A stretch of DNA of 64,000 nt from positions 5,547-69,546 of the forward strand of contig CAYHTV010000001.1 in NCBI GenBank assembly GCA_964359575.1, given 5' to 3'. This DNA comes from an uncultured Planctomycetales bacterium. GTDB lineage: Bacteria > Omnitrophota > Gorgyraeia > Zapsychrales > GWA2-47-8. Below the pieces are notes generated by a model. That model searched no databases. It was given only the letters and a program-made list of their open reading frames with translations, and was not told the origin of the DNA. Position 1 is the stretch's first letter; the number at the start of each line of letters is the position of its first letter. Positions 48,697 to 58,332 of the stretch are shown in pieces. A program made the translations under genes and the position numbers.

Positions 48697-49135
48697 TATT
48701 GTGGTCATTGCGCGTATTCTTCTCGGGACGATTTTTATTGTCTCGGGAATCGAAAAACTCCTGAGTCCCTACCAGAATTTTCTTTATGTCATCCAAAATT
48801 ATGAGGTGATTGGCCCGCCGTGGGATGAAATAACCGCGAAATTTTTTCCCTGGCTGGAATTTCTTTCAGGTTTATTTTGCTTTTTGGGTTTATGGTTACG
48901 GCAGGCGCTGACCGGCGCCTTAGTCCTTTTGACAGTTTTTATCGGCGTTGTGGGGCAGGCGCTCATCCGGCAGTTACCCATTGTGGAATGCGGGTGTTTT
49001 GGCAGCCTTTTTTCAATTCCGCTGGAGGCGGTGCTGGTAATGGACAGCAGTCTTTGGCTGTTATCCTCATGGCTGCTTTCCAGGATACCCCAGGCTTCCC
49101 GCTTCAGTCTCGATGAATATTTTGGAACCAAATAA
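48680..49135 (+). CDS. MauE/DoxX family membrane protein
   Basis: RILLG.IF..SG..K, PWLE, CGCFG. Confidence 0.88.
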   Translation: MIQKNNIVVIARILLGTIFIVSGIEKLLSPYQNFLYVIQNYEVIGPPWDEITAKFFPWLEFLSGLFCFLGLWLRQALTGALVLLTVFIGVVGQALIRQLPIVECGCFGSLFSIPLEAVLVMDSSLWLLSSWLLSRIPQASRFSLDEYFGTK

Positions 49136-49167
49136 TATTTTTGCCAAGACTATGCTCGCGAGGGTCT

Positions 49168-50739
49168 ATGAAAAAATTTTTAATCATTATGTTAGGACTG
49201 GCAGCGATGATTCCATTCGGTTTTGCAAATTCAGAAATTAAAGAACCCAATGTCAGCGGGAAATTTTATGATGCCGACCCCAAGCGTCTGGCTGCTGCGG
49301 TTGATACTTTTATTAACCGCGCCGAGGTTGCGGACTTGGATAAAAATATCGCGATGATTATTGCTCCGCACGCTGGGTATATTTATTCCGGCGCGGTTGC
49401 GGGATACAGTTTTAAGGCAGCGCGCCGCGGGCAATATAAGACGATCGTTATTATCGCGCCGAGTCATTTTTATGGATTTGACGGAATTTCGATTTGGCCG
49501 GAAGGAGGGTTTCAAACACCGCTGGGAATCGCGCCGGTCGATCACGATTTTACGCAGAAGCTCATCGGCCGTAATGAAAAATTTTATTTTGACGCCTTGG
49601 CGTTTGAGCAAGAGCATGCGCTGGAGGTCGAAATCCCATTTTTGCAAAGAACCTTCAGTGATTTTAAGATTGTGCCGGTCGTGATGGGACAGCCGACATT
49701 TCAGACATGCGAGGCCTTTGCCGCGGCGTTAAAAGAAAACATTGGCGAGCGAGATGATGTCTTGGTTGTGGTCAGCACAGATTTGTCGCATTATCACGAT
49801 GATACCTTTGCCCGCGCAATGGATCAGCGGACGTTAGCCATGGTCAAGGCAGGCGACGCGAAGGAATTGTGGAAACAGTGCCGCCTGGGAACAATGGAGA
49901 TGTGCGGCTTTGTGCCGGTCACCACGGCATTATTGTACGCCAAGCTGCAAGGTTTGCGGGATGTGGAAATCGCGCGTTATGCCAATTCTGGGGATGTGAC
50001 CGGTGATCGGCACAGCGTGGTGGGGTATGCGTCGGTTATTTTTTACAGCATAGGAAAGTATAAAACTTTCCTAGCTGCTAAAAACTCCTTTCCTATGCAG
50101 CAAAGAAGATGCGACGAACGAAGTGAGGAGTTTTCTTGTGCGCCGGCCGCTGGAGACCAAGAGGGGCTGCTCAGTCTGGAACAAAAGAAAAAATTATTAT
50201 CGATCGCGCGTAAATCCATTGAAAACCACGTGCGCACTGGCACAAAATTGGGGATAGAGGAATCTGATCCTCGTCTTTTCAAAGAGGAAGGGGCTTTTGT
50301 GACGATTCATCGGCAGGGACGATTGCGTGGGTGCATCGGGAATATTATTGGGCAGGGTCCATTGTATCTTACTGTGCGCGACATGGCGATTACCGCGGCT
50401 TCGCGTGATCCGCGATTTCAACCCGTGAGCGAGGAAGAATTGAAAGATATTACGGTCGAGGTCTCGGTTCTCTCGGAGCCCAAACCCGTCAAGGACATGG
50501 ACGAAATTGTCATGGGTGTGCATGGCGTTATTGTGAGCCGAGGAGCGCATCATGGAGTTTTTTTGCCGCAGGTAGCGACCGAAACCGGCTGGAGCCAAGA
50601 AGAGTTCCTCGCACAGCTGTGTGAACAAAAAGCCGGCCTGCCGCGGGACTGCTGGAAAGACCATCAAACGCGTTTAGAAATTTTCACCGCCCAAGTTTTT
50701 GCCGAGAAAGATATAAATTATGGGCCTTTGTACAACTAA
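49168..50739 (+). CDS. Exported AmmeMemoRadiSam protein B (MEMO1) + protein A (AMMECR1) fusion
   Basis: PHAGY.YSG, EHALEV, STDLSHY, then GAFVT..LRGCIG, FLPQVA; signal peptide. Confidence 0.92.
   Translation: MKKFLIIMLGLAAMIPFGFANSEIKEPNVSGKFYDADPKRLAAAVDTFINRAEVADLDKNIAMIIAPHAGYIYSGAVAGYSFKAARRGQYKTIVIIAPSHFYGFDGISIWPEGGFQTPLGIAPVDHDFTQKLIGRNEKFYFDALAFEQEHALEVEIPFLQRTFSDFKIVPVVMGQPTFQTCEAFAAALKENIGERDDVLVVVSTDLSHYHDDTFARAMDQRTLAMVKAGDAKELWKQCRLGTMEMCGFVPVTTALLYAKLQGLRDVEIARYANSGDVTGDRHSVVGYASVIFYSIGKYKTFLAAKNSFPMQQRRCDERSEEFSCAPAAGDQEGLLSLEQKKKLLSIARKSIENHVRTGTKLGIEESDPRLFKEEGAFVTIHRQGRLRGCIGNIIGQGPLYLTVRDMAITAASRDPRFQPVSEEELKDITVEVSVLSEPKPVKDMDEIVMGVHGVIVSRGAHHGVFLPQVATETGWSQEEFLAQLCEQKAGLPRDCWKDHQTRLEIFTAQVFAEKDINYGPLYN
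50045..50138 (+). repeat. Element B copy read in frame in the B/A domain linker
   Basis: 94-bp match to the intergenic copy 52696-52789. Confidence 0.9.
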
Positions 50740-50821
50740 AGAAAAAAATTTGAATTTATCATTGAGGAGACAAAGGCCAATATTGACTACCTCAATTCTT
50801 TTGGTTCTACAAAGGTCAATA
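50719..50821 (-). mobile_element. MITE family A, copy 7 (supplies the last codons and stop of the AmmeMemo gene)
   Basis: Reverse-complement consensus; gene stop at 50737-50739 lies inside it. Confidence 0.9.
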
Positions 50822-50853
50822 AAATCAAAAATTGAAATTTAAAAATCAAAATT

Positions 50854-51324
50854 TTGAAACGCGATACCATTATCTCTATCTTTGTTGTCCTCTGGCTTTT
50901 GGTTTTTAACTATGAGTCTATTCACCGTTATTATTTGGAGCCGTGGCTGAAGCGCCCGCTGCCAAAACTGAAGCTGCTTTTTCCGCCAGTGGGCTGGATT
51001 ATGTTTTATGATGTGGGTGATGAATACAGTTGCGCGGAGATTTATGGTGTCAACGCGGACGGGATTCAGCAAATCGATCCGCATGAAATTTTAGCCACCA
51101 GGACATTTGGGTTTGATAATATTCACCGCAATGTTCTTTCCATCGTTTTTGCCGACAGTATGCAGTCGCCCGTGTGCCGTTTCTTGGAGCACAAGTTCCC
51201 GGAATTTGAGAATTTTTTGATTACCGCGGTTCATTATCCCTCGGTGACCCAAACGCCGCATAAACGATTGCAGCGGGTGATGTATCAGTGTCAAGATAAG
51301 GAAGAAGTAAAAACTAAAAACTAA
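50854..51324 (+). CDS. Membrane-anchored partner of the HTTM protein (possibly DUF5819/SdpA-like)
   Basis: N-terminal TM, GW.MF motif, two Cys; located upstream of the HTTM gene. Confidence 0.55.
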   Translation: MKRDTIISIFVVLWLLVFNYESIHRYYLEPWLKRPLPKLKLLFPPVGWIMFYDVGDEYSCAEIYGVNADGIQQIDPHEILATRTFGFDNIHRNVLSIVFADSMQSPVCRFLEHKFPEFENFLITAVHYPSVTQTPHKRLQRVMYQCQDKEEVKTKN

Positions 51325-51392
51325 AAAGTCAAAAGTAAGACAGATCGCGAAGCGATGCCACAGTTTTTAGTTTTAATTTTTGAGTTTTAACT
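51310..51392. repeat. A-rich heptamer inverted-array element
   Basis: aaaacta-aaaacta-aaaagtc-aaaagt...AGACAG.CGCGAAGCGA.GCCACA...ttttagt-tttaatt-tttgagt. Confidence 0.7.
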
Positions 51393-51393
51393 T

Positions 51394-52686
51394 ATGCGAT
51401 ATATTTCAAAAATCTGGCATCGTTTATTCCTCATTGAGCGCCCCTCGCTCAGCTTATCCTTGTTTCGCGTCGCTGTGGCAATCACGGTTGGCGCGCATGT
51501 CATTCCAACACTGTTTAATCTGCCGGACAACTATTATTCGACGGCCCTCAAAACGTATAATTTTGATTTTTTTACTCCGCGGATGATTGAATGCGTCCAG
51601 CGCAGCCCGGATCAGGTGGTTTTGTTTTTTGTTATCTTCTTTTATGTTACCTGGCTCTTCTTTTTCATTGGCCTTTTTAGCCAGATCAGCTGCATTTTCA
51701 TGACCTTGGCATGTTATTATTTTTATGCGCTCAACTCCCTGCATGTGGGTACACTTTCGTGGGATATCCTGCTGGTGACGCTTTTTTTAATGTGCTTAAC
51801 GCCGTATCACGGCGATTATTTCTCGGTTGATGCCCTGAGGAGGGGAGACCCGGAAAGTTATAAAAGGAAACGGCCGTTTTTTATCCAGCGTCTTTTACAA
51901 ATCCAAATTGCCCTGACATTTTTTTATACTGCGCTTTATAAAATCACAGGCGCCGGCAATTGGCTTAAGGATAATCCCATCCATTATTTGATGAATTATC
52001 CGCCAGCCGGCGTGACCAAATGGTTTCTGTTGCGGGATTTCTTTAGGGATAAGCCGGAGTTGTGTTATGCGACAGGTCTTTTGATTGTGGCGATTGAAAT
52101 CTCCATGCCGGTTTTGCTGTTTCTTAGGCGAGCACGATTATCAGCGATTTACTTAGGGTGCTTTTTCCATCTCACTTTAATTCTCACGCTGGATGTGCCG
52201 GCCATATTCTTTTTTCTGTTTCCACCCCAGCTTTTTTTATTTATTAATCCTGATCATATCGTCCGTTGGATTGAGCAAAAACGTTGCGTGAATGCACAAA
52301 CGCCGCAGAGCCAGCTCATCTACGATGGGCATTGCGGATTCTGCCAAAAAAGCGTACAGCAATTGCGCGTGATGGATTTGTTCAACGCGGTTAAAATGGT
52401 GGATTTTCAAAGCCATCCGCATCTGGAGCAATTGCATCCGCAGCTGACTCAAGAGCACTGCGCCAGCCAGCTGCATTTGCGGGAGCCCGATGGAACGTTA
52501 TACGGCGGGTTTGTTGTTTTTAAGCGGTTGTGTTTCGTCATGCCGATGCTGTATCCGCTCATTCTGCTATTTTATTTTCCCGGTGCCGGAATTGTTGGCC
52601 CATGGGTTTACCGCTGGGTTGCAAAAAACCGCTATCTTTTTCATTTTAATAAAATGTGTAAGGGTAATGCCTGTTTTCGTTATTGA
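51394..52686 (+). CDS. HTTM-domain membrane protein fused to a DCC1/DUF393 thiol-disulfide oxidoreductase
   Basis: SL..FR, SVDA, LQ.Q....F...K..G..W, FH; C-terminal IYDGHCGFC...Y.WVA.NRY. Confidence 0.85.
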   Translation: MRYISKIWHRLFLIERPSLSLSLFRVAVAITVGAHVIPTLFNLPDNYYSTALKTYNFDFFTPRMIECVQRSPDQVVLFFVIFFYVTWLFFFIGLFSQISCIFMTLACYYFYALNSLHVGTLSWDILLVTLFLMCLTPYHGDYFSVDALRRGDPESYKRKRPFFIQRLLQIQIALTFFYTALYKITGAGNWLKDNPIHYLMNYPPAGVTKWFLLRDFFRDKPELCYATGLLIVAIEISMPVLLFLRRARLSAIYLGCFFHLTLILTLDVPAIFFFLFPPQLFLFINPDHIVRWIEQKRCVNAQTPQSQLIYDGHCGFCQKSVQQLRVMDLFNAVKMVDFQSHPHLEQLHPQLTQEHCASQLHLREPDGTLYGGFVVFKRLCFVMPMLYPLILLFYFPGAGIVGPWVYRWVAKNRYLFHFNKMCKGNACFRY

Positions 52687-52695
52687 TTTTTTTTT

Positions 52696-52789
52696 ACAGC
52701 ATAGGAAAGTATAAAACTTTCCTAGCTGCTAAAAACTCCTCTCCTATGCAGCAAAGAAGTTACGACGAACGAAGTGAGGAGTTTTCTTG
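52696..52789 (+). repeat. Element B (94-bp structured dispersed repeat), uninterrupted intergenic copy
   Basis: TAGGAAAGT/ACTTTCCTA and AAAACTCCTC/GAGGAGTTTT stems; related copies at 20545, 50045 and 61189. Confidence 0.9.
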
Positions 52790-52846
52790 TTAATAATAAA
52801 AGCGGTGTGGTAATATAGCGATGGATTTAAAAATAAGGGGCTGTCC

Positions 52847-53314
52847 ATGCAACTTCCAATTATTATGACGATAATATTTTTTTGTTTAAACTCCGCTGCT
52901 TCGGCCGATGAGATATCAGAGAGAACACTGAAAGAATTTGAGCAAGCCTACCGCAGAGAAAAGACGCAGCAGACGGAAAAACAAAAATTGCTTAAAAGTC
53001 AAAAGAATTTTGAGGCACAAAATAAGAAACGGTTCGATGAGCAATACCAACAGCGCATGAAAAAAATGGCGCAAGAACGGCAAGGGCAATTAGGAGAGCG
53101 GTTTAAGGATCGGCAAAAAAATATTCGTCAAGAACGCGCCAAAATTAAGAGAGAAATGACCGAGGCCGTGGACCCGATGTACAAAGAGGCGCTGCAGGCC
53201 TACAAAGCCAAAGATTATTCCAGGGCGCAAGCGATATTCGCTGAAATTGAGCAGCTGTTGCCTGGTTATAAACAAACCCAAGAGTATTTAGCCCGGAGGG
53301 AGTCGCAGAGGTGA
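52847..53314 (+). CDS. Exported coiled-coil protein ending in one TPR-like repeat
   Basis: Signal peptide; Y.EA...Y...DY..A...F......PGY. Confidence 0.6.
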   Translation: MQLPIIMTIIFFCLNSAASADEISERTLKEFEQAYRREKTQQTEKQKLLKSQKNFEAQNKKRFDEQYQQRMKKMAQERQGQLGERFKDRQKNIRQERAKIKREMTEAVDPMYKEALQAYKAKDYSRAQAIFAEIEQLLPGYKQTQEYLARRESQR

Positions 53315-53315
53315 A

Positions 53316-53660
53316 ATGATGAGCCGTAAAAATTTTTTAATCATGCTTTTTATTTTGGAATTTTCTGGCGCGGCCTGGGCGGTCCCGCCATCGAAAATTG
53401 AACTGAGCTATGATCCGGAAAAAAAGAATTTGCACATCGAAGTGGACCACGTGACGCGGAAAAACCGCAAGCATTATATCCGCTATATTAATGTTTATCA
53501 AAACGATGCGGAAGTCAAATCCTTTCATTATGTTGTGCAGGAGCAATCGTCCAGCGTCGCGGAGGATTTGTTTTTAGAAGCGAACAAAGCCGACGTGGTC
53601 CGTGTCAAAGCCCAGTGCACGGAATCCGGCCCTAAAGAGGAAGCATTGGTCATTCCTTAG
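53316..53660 (+). CDS. Exported desulfoferrodoxin/SoxZ-like beta-sandwich protein
   Basis: Signal peptide; V.H...HYI..I.V; A.C...G. Confidence 0.55.
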   Translation: MMSRKNFLIMLFILEFSGAAWAVPPSKIELSYDPEKKNLHIEVDHVTRKNRKHYIRYINVYQNDAEVKSFHYVVQEQSSSVAEDLFLEANKADVVRVKAQCTESGPKEEALVIP

Positions 53661-55792
53661 TGAAATATCAATCTCCCAATAAACTCATCCAAGAAAAGAG
53701 TCCCTATCTTCTCCAGCATGCCCATAATCCGGTGGATTGGTATCCCTGGGGAAAGGAAGCCTTTGCTAAAGCAAAAAAAGAAAATAAACCGGTATTCCTT
53801 TCCATCGGCTATTCAACCTGCCATTGGTGCCATGTGATGGCGCACGAATCTTTTGAGGATAAAGAAATCGCTAATTTGCTAAATGAATATTTTGTACCCA
53901 TTAAAGTGGATCGGGAAGAGCGCCCTGATTTGGATAATATTTATATGACCGCGGTGACGGCCTTGACGGGAAGCGGAGGCTGGCCATTGTCGGTTTTTCT
54001 CACTCCTGATAAAAAGCCTTTTTTCGGAGGGACTTATTTTCCTCCGCAAGCCCGCTGGGGCGCGGTAGGATTTAAGGATGTGCTTCTTTCTATTCATAGC
54101 AGCTGGCAGACCCAACACGCAGAGATTCTGAAATCCGGTCAATCGATCACGCAAGCCTTGCAAGAACGATCTTCGGCCCGGCAGGGAGAAAAAATTGATT
54201 TGGATGTTCAACTGCTGCGCGGCGGCTATCAGGAGTTGGCTGCCAATTATGATGCCCGTTTCGGCGGATTTGGGCAGGCGCCCAAATTTCCGATGGGGCA
54301 CAGTTTGTCTTTTTTGCTGCGGTATTGGAAACGCTCTGGCGAGCCTCAGGCCTTGGCCATGGTCGAAAAAACCCTGACGGCCATGGCGCAGGGCGGGATG
54401 TACGATCAGCTAGGCGGCGGTTTTCATCGGTATTCGACGGATCAGATTTGGCAAGTTCCCCATTTTGAAAAAATGTTGTACGACCAGGCGATTTTGGCGC
54501 GGGCGTATTTAGAAAGTTATCAATCTACGGGTCAGGAATTTTATGCGCGCATCGCCCGTGAGACTTTGGATTATGTCCTGCGGGATATGCAGTCACCGGA
54601 GGGGGGATTTTTTTCCGCACAGGACGCCGACAGCCTTGAGTCATCCACCGGGAAAGAAAGCGGAGAAAAAAAAGAGGGGGCCTTTTATATCTGGGATGCG
54701 GCTGAAATCAACACTGTTCTGGATGCCCAAGAGGCGGAAATTTTTAACCATTACTTTGGGATTGAAAAAAACGGCAATGCCCAGTTGGATCCCCATGGCG
54801 AATTCACCGGAAAAAATATTCTTTTTGTCGCTCATGCGCCTGAAGAAAGCGCGCCGAAATTTCATAAAACGCCGTCCGACATGGAAAAAGTCATCCAGCA
54901 GGCCAAGCAAAAATTATCCACCGTCCGGACAAAGCGGCCGCGTCCGCATCTTGATGATAAAATTTTGGTTGATTGGAACGGCTTAATGATTTCGAGCCTG
55001 GCCTTTGCTTCTTCGGTCCTGGATGAGCCGCGCTACCGGCAGGCGGCCCAGCGAGCGGCAGATTTTATTCTAAAAAATCTTGTCAATTCTCAGAGACGTT
55101 TGCTGCACCGGTTTCGCGATGGGGAGGCGGCGATTTTGGGGACGATCGAAGACTATGCCTTTTTTATTTCTGGCCTCATTGAGCTTTATGAGGCGACATT
55201 TGAGGTGAAGTATTTTCAGGAAGCCAGGCGCCTGGCCGAGGAGATGCTGCATCTCTTTTGGGATGAAGAGTACGGCGGGTTCTTTTTTACCGCGGCGGAC
55301 AGCGAAGACTTACTCTTTCGGCAAAAGGAAGTTTATGACGGGGCGATCCCTTCGGGAAATTCGGTGGCGGCGTTGGATCTTCTGCGTTTGGCCCGGATGA
55401 GTGGGGATAAAACTCTCGCTGATAAGGCTGAGGTGCTTTTACAATTTTTTGGGATGGAAATCCTTAAGCGGCCCAGCGCCTACACGCAGCTGTTGATAGC
55501 TTTAAATTTTGCTTTGGGTCCGACGCGGGAGATTGTGCTCGCCGGCCCCAACACGGAAGATCCGCGGGTGAGGGATATGTTGAAAATCATTAGAGCATTT
55601 TTTATGCCGAACGCTGTTATATTACTTCGGCCTAGTGATAAGCAAAAGCTAACGGAGCTCGTTGAACTGTCGCCTTTTGTGGAAAATCAAGCCCCCTTAA
55701 ACGGCCAGCCAACCGCCTATGTCTGTCAAAATTATGTCTGTGAGCTGCCTACCTCAGCGAGCGAAAAACTCAAAGAGTTTTTATCCCGTTAG
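53660..55792 (+). CDS. Thioredoxin-domain protein YyaL/SSP411 (DUF255)
   Basis: [43 protein letters not shown]. Confidence 0.95.
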   Translation: MKYQSPNKLIQEKSPYLLQHAHNPVDWYPWGKEAFAKAKKENKPVFLSIGYSTCHWCHVMAHESFEDKEIANLLNEYFVPIKVDREERPDLDNIYMTAVTALTGSGGWPLSVFLTPDKKPFFGGTYFPPQARWGAVGFKDVLLSIHSSWQTQHAEILKSGQSITQALQERSSARQGEKIDLDVQLLRGGYQELAANYDARFGGFGQAPKFPMGHSLSFLLRYWKRSGEPQALAMVEKTLTAMAQGGMYDQLGGGFHRYSTDQIWQVPHFEKMLYDQAILARAYLESYQSTGQEFYARIARETLDYVLRDMQSPEGGFFSAQDADSLESSTGKESGEKKEGAFYIWDAAEINTVLDAQEAEIFNHYFGIEKNGNAQLDPHGEFTGKNILFVAHAPEESAPKFHKTPSDMEKVIQQAKQKLSTVRTKRPRPHLDDKILVDWNGLMISSLAFASSVLDEPRYRQAAQRAADFILKNLVNSQRRLLHRFRDGEAAILGTIEDYAFFISGLIELYEATFEVKYFQEARRLAEEMLHLFWDEEYGGFFFTAADSEDLLFRQKEVYDGAIPSGNSVAALDLLRLARMSGDKTLADKAEVLLQFFGMEILKRPSAYTQLLIALNFALGPTREIVLAGPNTEDPRVRDMLKIIRAFFMPNAVILLRPSDKQKLTELVELSPFVENQAPLNGQPTAYVCQNYVCELPTSASEKLKEFLSR

Positions 55793-55815
55793 AGAACTGC
55801 GTTCTCTAACGGGAT
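55783..55815. repeat. CCCGWTAGA..TCTAWCGGG hairpin, copy 1
   Basis: ATCCCGTTAGAGAAC-TGC-GTTCTCTAACGGGAT; provides the stop codon of the DUF255 gene. Confidence 0.75.
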
Positions 55816-55842
55816 TGCTAACGGGATTGCTGGACTTTGCAA

Positions 55843-55871
55843 TTGACAAAGCCTATGGCCGCTCTTAAAAT
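55843..55871 (+). promoter_or_regulatory. sigma70-type promoter upstream of the AsmA-family gene
   Basis: TTGACA-N17-TAAAAT. Confidence 0.7.
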
Positions 55872-55907
55872 AACGGGGGTTTGCGAAAAGTATATATAAG
55901 GAAATCC

Positions 55908-57770
55908 ATGAAAAGTCTTAAAATTGCAGTAACGATTATTTTTAGTCTTTTGGCGGTACTCTTGGCGGCCGTGTTCTTTTTTCTCAAGACGGTGGATATC
56001 AATAATTTCAAATCCCAGATCATTGCCCAATTGGAGGCGGCCGTGGGGCGGGACGTATCAATTCAGAACATGGCCTTTTCGCTGTCTTTTCAAAAAGGTA
56101 TTATTTTGAATGTCGAGGGGCTAACGATGGCCAATGATCCTGGGGAAGTTGAAAAGAATTTTCTTGAAGTGGAACGCATTGGCGTGGAAGTGGATTTTAT
56201 GGCGTTGTTGCGCGAACGGAAGATTTCCGTCAAAAGTGTGCAGGTCCATTCCCCTAAGATTGTGATTATTCGCTCAGAGGCAAATGTCTTGAATGTCCAG
56301 ACATTAGGCAATGCGTCTGCGGCTAAAGCAGTAGCAGCCGCGAATAATGTTCCTGTGCCATCTCCTTCACCGGTACCCCTAAGTGACATTTCCACTAAAA
56401 CCATTAACCTCGACACCTTGCCGGCCTTGCTCGTTAAGTCCATGGCCCTGGATAACGGAACTTTGGTTTATATTGATCGAGCTATAAAACCAGAGATGTC
56501 GATTGTTGTTTCAAAGATTGATGTAGAAGTGGCAAATTTTTCGCTTAAGGACAAATTCCATTTTTCTGTGGCAGGCGCGATTTTGGGAAAACAGCAAAAC
56601 GTACATATAGAAGGTCAAGCGCAATTGGATTTAATAAATTCGCAGGCCCGTTTGGAGAGGACAAAAATAGCCGTGGATTTATCGCAGCTGCTGCGCGATG
56701 AGCTCATGCAGATAGGGCCGATGCTGGATAGTCTCGAACTGGTCGGGCAGTGGAGCGGCCTGCTGGAGGCGGATTTAAATCAAATGGTCGCTGGAGCGCA
56801 AGGGATTATGGCGTTGTCTTTGGAAGGTCAGCTTAAAGAGGGAAGGGCGAGCGTCAATGTTTTAGCCAAGCCGTTAGAAAATATTCATGCTGTTTTTAGC
56901 GCGACCGAAGCGGATTTTACAATTAAAGATTATTCGCTCAATATCGGCACGGGGAAAATTTTTGGAGAAGCGAAGTTGAGCGATTATCTTGAAGCGGCGA
57001 ATTCCAGCCTCACCATCAATTTAGAGGACATTAAGATTGAAGAAGTGCATGATGCCGAGACGCTGCCGGTGAAAGCGCAAGGGAATATTTTTGGCCAGTT
57101 TAAAATTCAGGCGCGAGGATTGGATCCAAAAGTATTTTTACAAACCTTGACCGCCGATGGCGCAGCGGAAGTCCGCGAGGGGAAAATTGTTGATATCAAC
57201 GTGTTGAGCTCGGTGTTGGATAAACTTTCCGTTGTGCCGCCTTTGGCCGGTATTAAAGATAAAATTCAGGCGGGCCTGCCGGAGAAGTATCGCGGCGTTT
57301 TAGAGCAAAGGGATACCAATTTCCAAAAAATTCAATGTGCGGTTAATGTGAAAAATGAGACTGCCAGCCTTACCCGCGTCAATATTCAATCTGATGGCTT
57401 TGGAATGGCGGCCAACGGCACGTGTGATTTTAAACAAATTCTGCATCTGGAATCAGCGTTTGCGATAGCGCAGGATCTCTCGGCTGCTATGGGGACGGCA
57501 ATTCCGGAATTGCAGTTGTTATTTGATCAAGCCGGACAAATTTATATTCCCATGACGACCTACGATGGGCCGGCGGCCAAAATGAAGGTCTTCCCGGATC
57601 CGGTTTATTTAGTGAAGCGCGTCATTGCCAATAGGGGACAAGAGGAGCTGCAAAAATTGATCAACAAGGCGTTAGGGACAGAGGAATCGTCCGAAGAACC
57701 TTCTTCCGGCGAAGAGAAACCCTCGGAACAAAAAATCATTAGCGATATCTTACAGTCGATCTTCCAATAA
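55908..57770 (+). CDS. AsmA family protein
   Basis: N-terminal TM, D.N.FK..I......GR.V.I, repeated beta-groove pattern. Confidence 0.8.
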   Translation: MKSLKIAVTIIFSLLAVLLAAVFFFLKTVDINNFKSQIIAQLEAAVGRDVSIQNMAFSLSFQKGIILNVEGLTMANDPGEVEKNFLEVERIGVEVDFMALLRERKISVKSVQVHSPKIVIIRSEANVLNVQTLGNASAAKAVAAANNVPVPSPSPVPLSDISTKTINLDTLPALLVKSMALDNGTLVYIDRAIKPEMSIVVSKIDVEVANFSLKDKFHFSVAGAILGKQQNVHIEGQAQLDLINSQARLERTKIAVDLSQLLRDELMQIGPMLDSLELVGQWSGLLEADLNQMVAGAQGIMALSLEGQLKEGRASVNVLAKPLENIHAVFSATEADFTIKDYSLNIGTGKIFGEAKLSDYLEAANSSLTINLEDIKIEEVHDAETLPVKAQGNIFGQFKIQARGLDPKVFLQTLTADGAAEVREGKIVDINVLSSVLDKLSVVPPLAGIKDKIQAGLPEKYRGVLEQRDTNFQKIQCAVNVKNETASLTRVNIQSDGFGMAANGTCDFKQILHLESAFAIAQDLSAAMGTAIPELQLLFDQAGQIYIPMTTYDGPAAKMKVFPDPVYLVKRVIANRGQEELQKLINKALGTEESSEEPSSGEEKPSEQKIISDILQSIFQ

Positions 57771-57772
57771 AC

Positions 57773-57800
57773 CCCGATAGAGAGCGCAGTTTTCTATCGG
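57773..57800. repeat. CCCGWTAGA..TCTAWCGGG hairpin, copy 2 (opposite orientation)
   Basis: CCCGATAGAGAGCGCAGTTTCTATCGGG. Confidence 0.7.
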
Positions 57801-57814
57801 GATAAATTCCATCC

Positions 57815-58321
57815 ATGAAGAATTTTAAATTTCGAGGGAAAGTCATTACCGTCACGCGCAAAAGAGCGCGCCTGCCCAACGGTCATGTGAGCGAACTTGA
57901 TTTGGTTGAGCATCCAGGCGCGGTACTGCTCGTGCCCTTTGTCAATGCGCGAGAGATTTTGCTGCTGCGGCAGTACCGGCCGGTGATTGGGAAATACCTT
58001 TATGAATTACCTGCGGGAACTTTAAAGCCTAAGGAAAGCGCCCTCTCCTGCGCTCAGCGTGAATTAGCCGAAGAGACGGGTTACGCGGCTAGGAAAATTT
58101 CGCTGTTGGGAAGGATTTATCCAGTGCCTGGTTATTCGACGGAAATTATTTTTATTTACCAAGCAACACAGCTTATCGAAAAGGCGCTTCCCAAAGAACC
58201 GGATGAAGTGATTGCGGTGCATCGTTTTGGGAAAGCGCGGGTTGTCGAAATGTTTAAACGCGGCCAGATCAGCGATGCCAAGACGATTTGCGCGCTTGCC
58301 TTCTGCGGCTGGCTCAATTGA
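57815..58321 (+). CDS. NUDIX hydrolase (ADP-ribose pyrophosphatase-like)
   Basis: HPGAV, RQYR, ELPAG...A.REL.EETG, DAKT. Confidence 0.92.
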   Translation: MKNFKFRGKVITVTRKRARLPNGHVSELDLVEHPGAVLLVPFVNAREILLLRQYRPVIGKYLYELPAGTLKPKESALSCAQRELAEETGYAARKISLLGRIYPVPGYSTEIIFIYQATQLIEKALPKEPDEVIAVHRFGKARVVEMFKRGQISDAKTICALAFCGWLN

Positions 58322-58332
58322 GGAAAATTCAA

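Noticed and set aside
9447-50821. Family A repeats as a CRISPR array or integron attC cassettes
   Set aside because: Copies are dispersed kilobases apart in both orientations around housekeeping genes, with no spacers, cas genes, integrase or GTTRRRY cores
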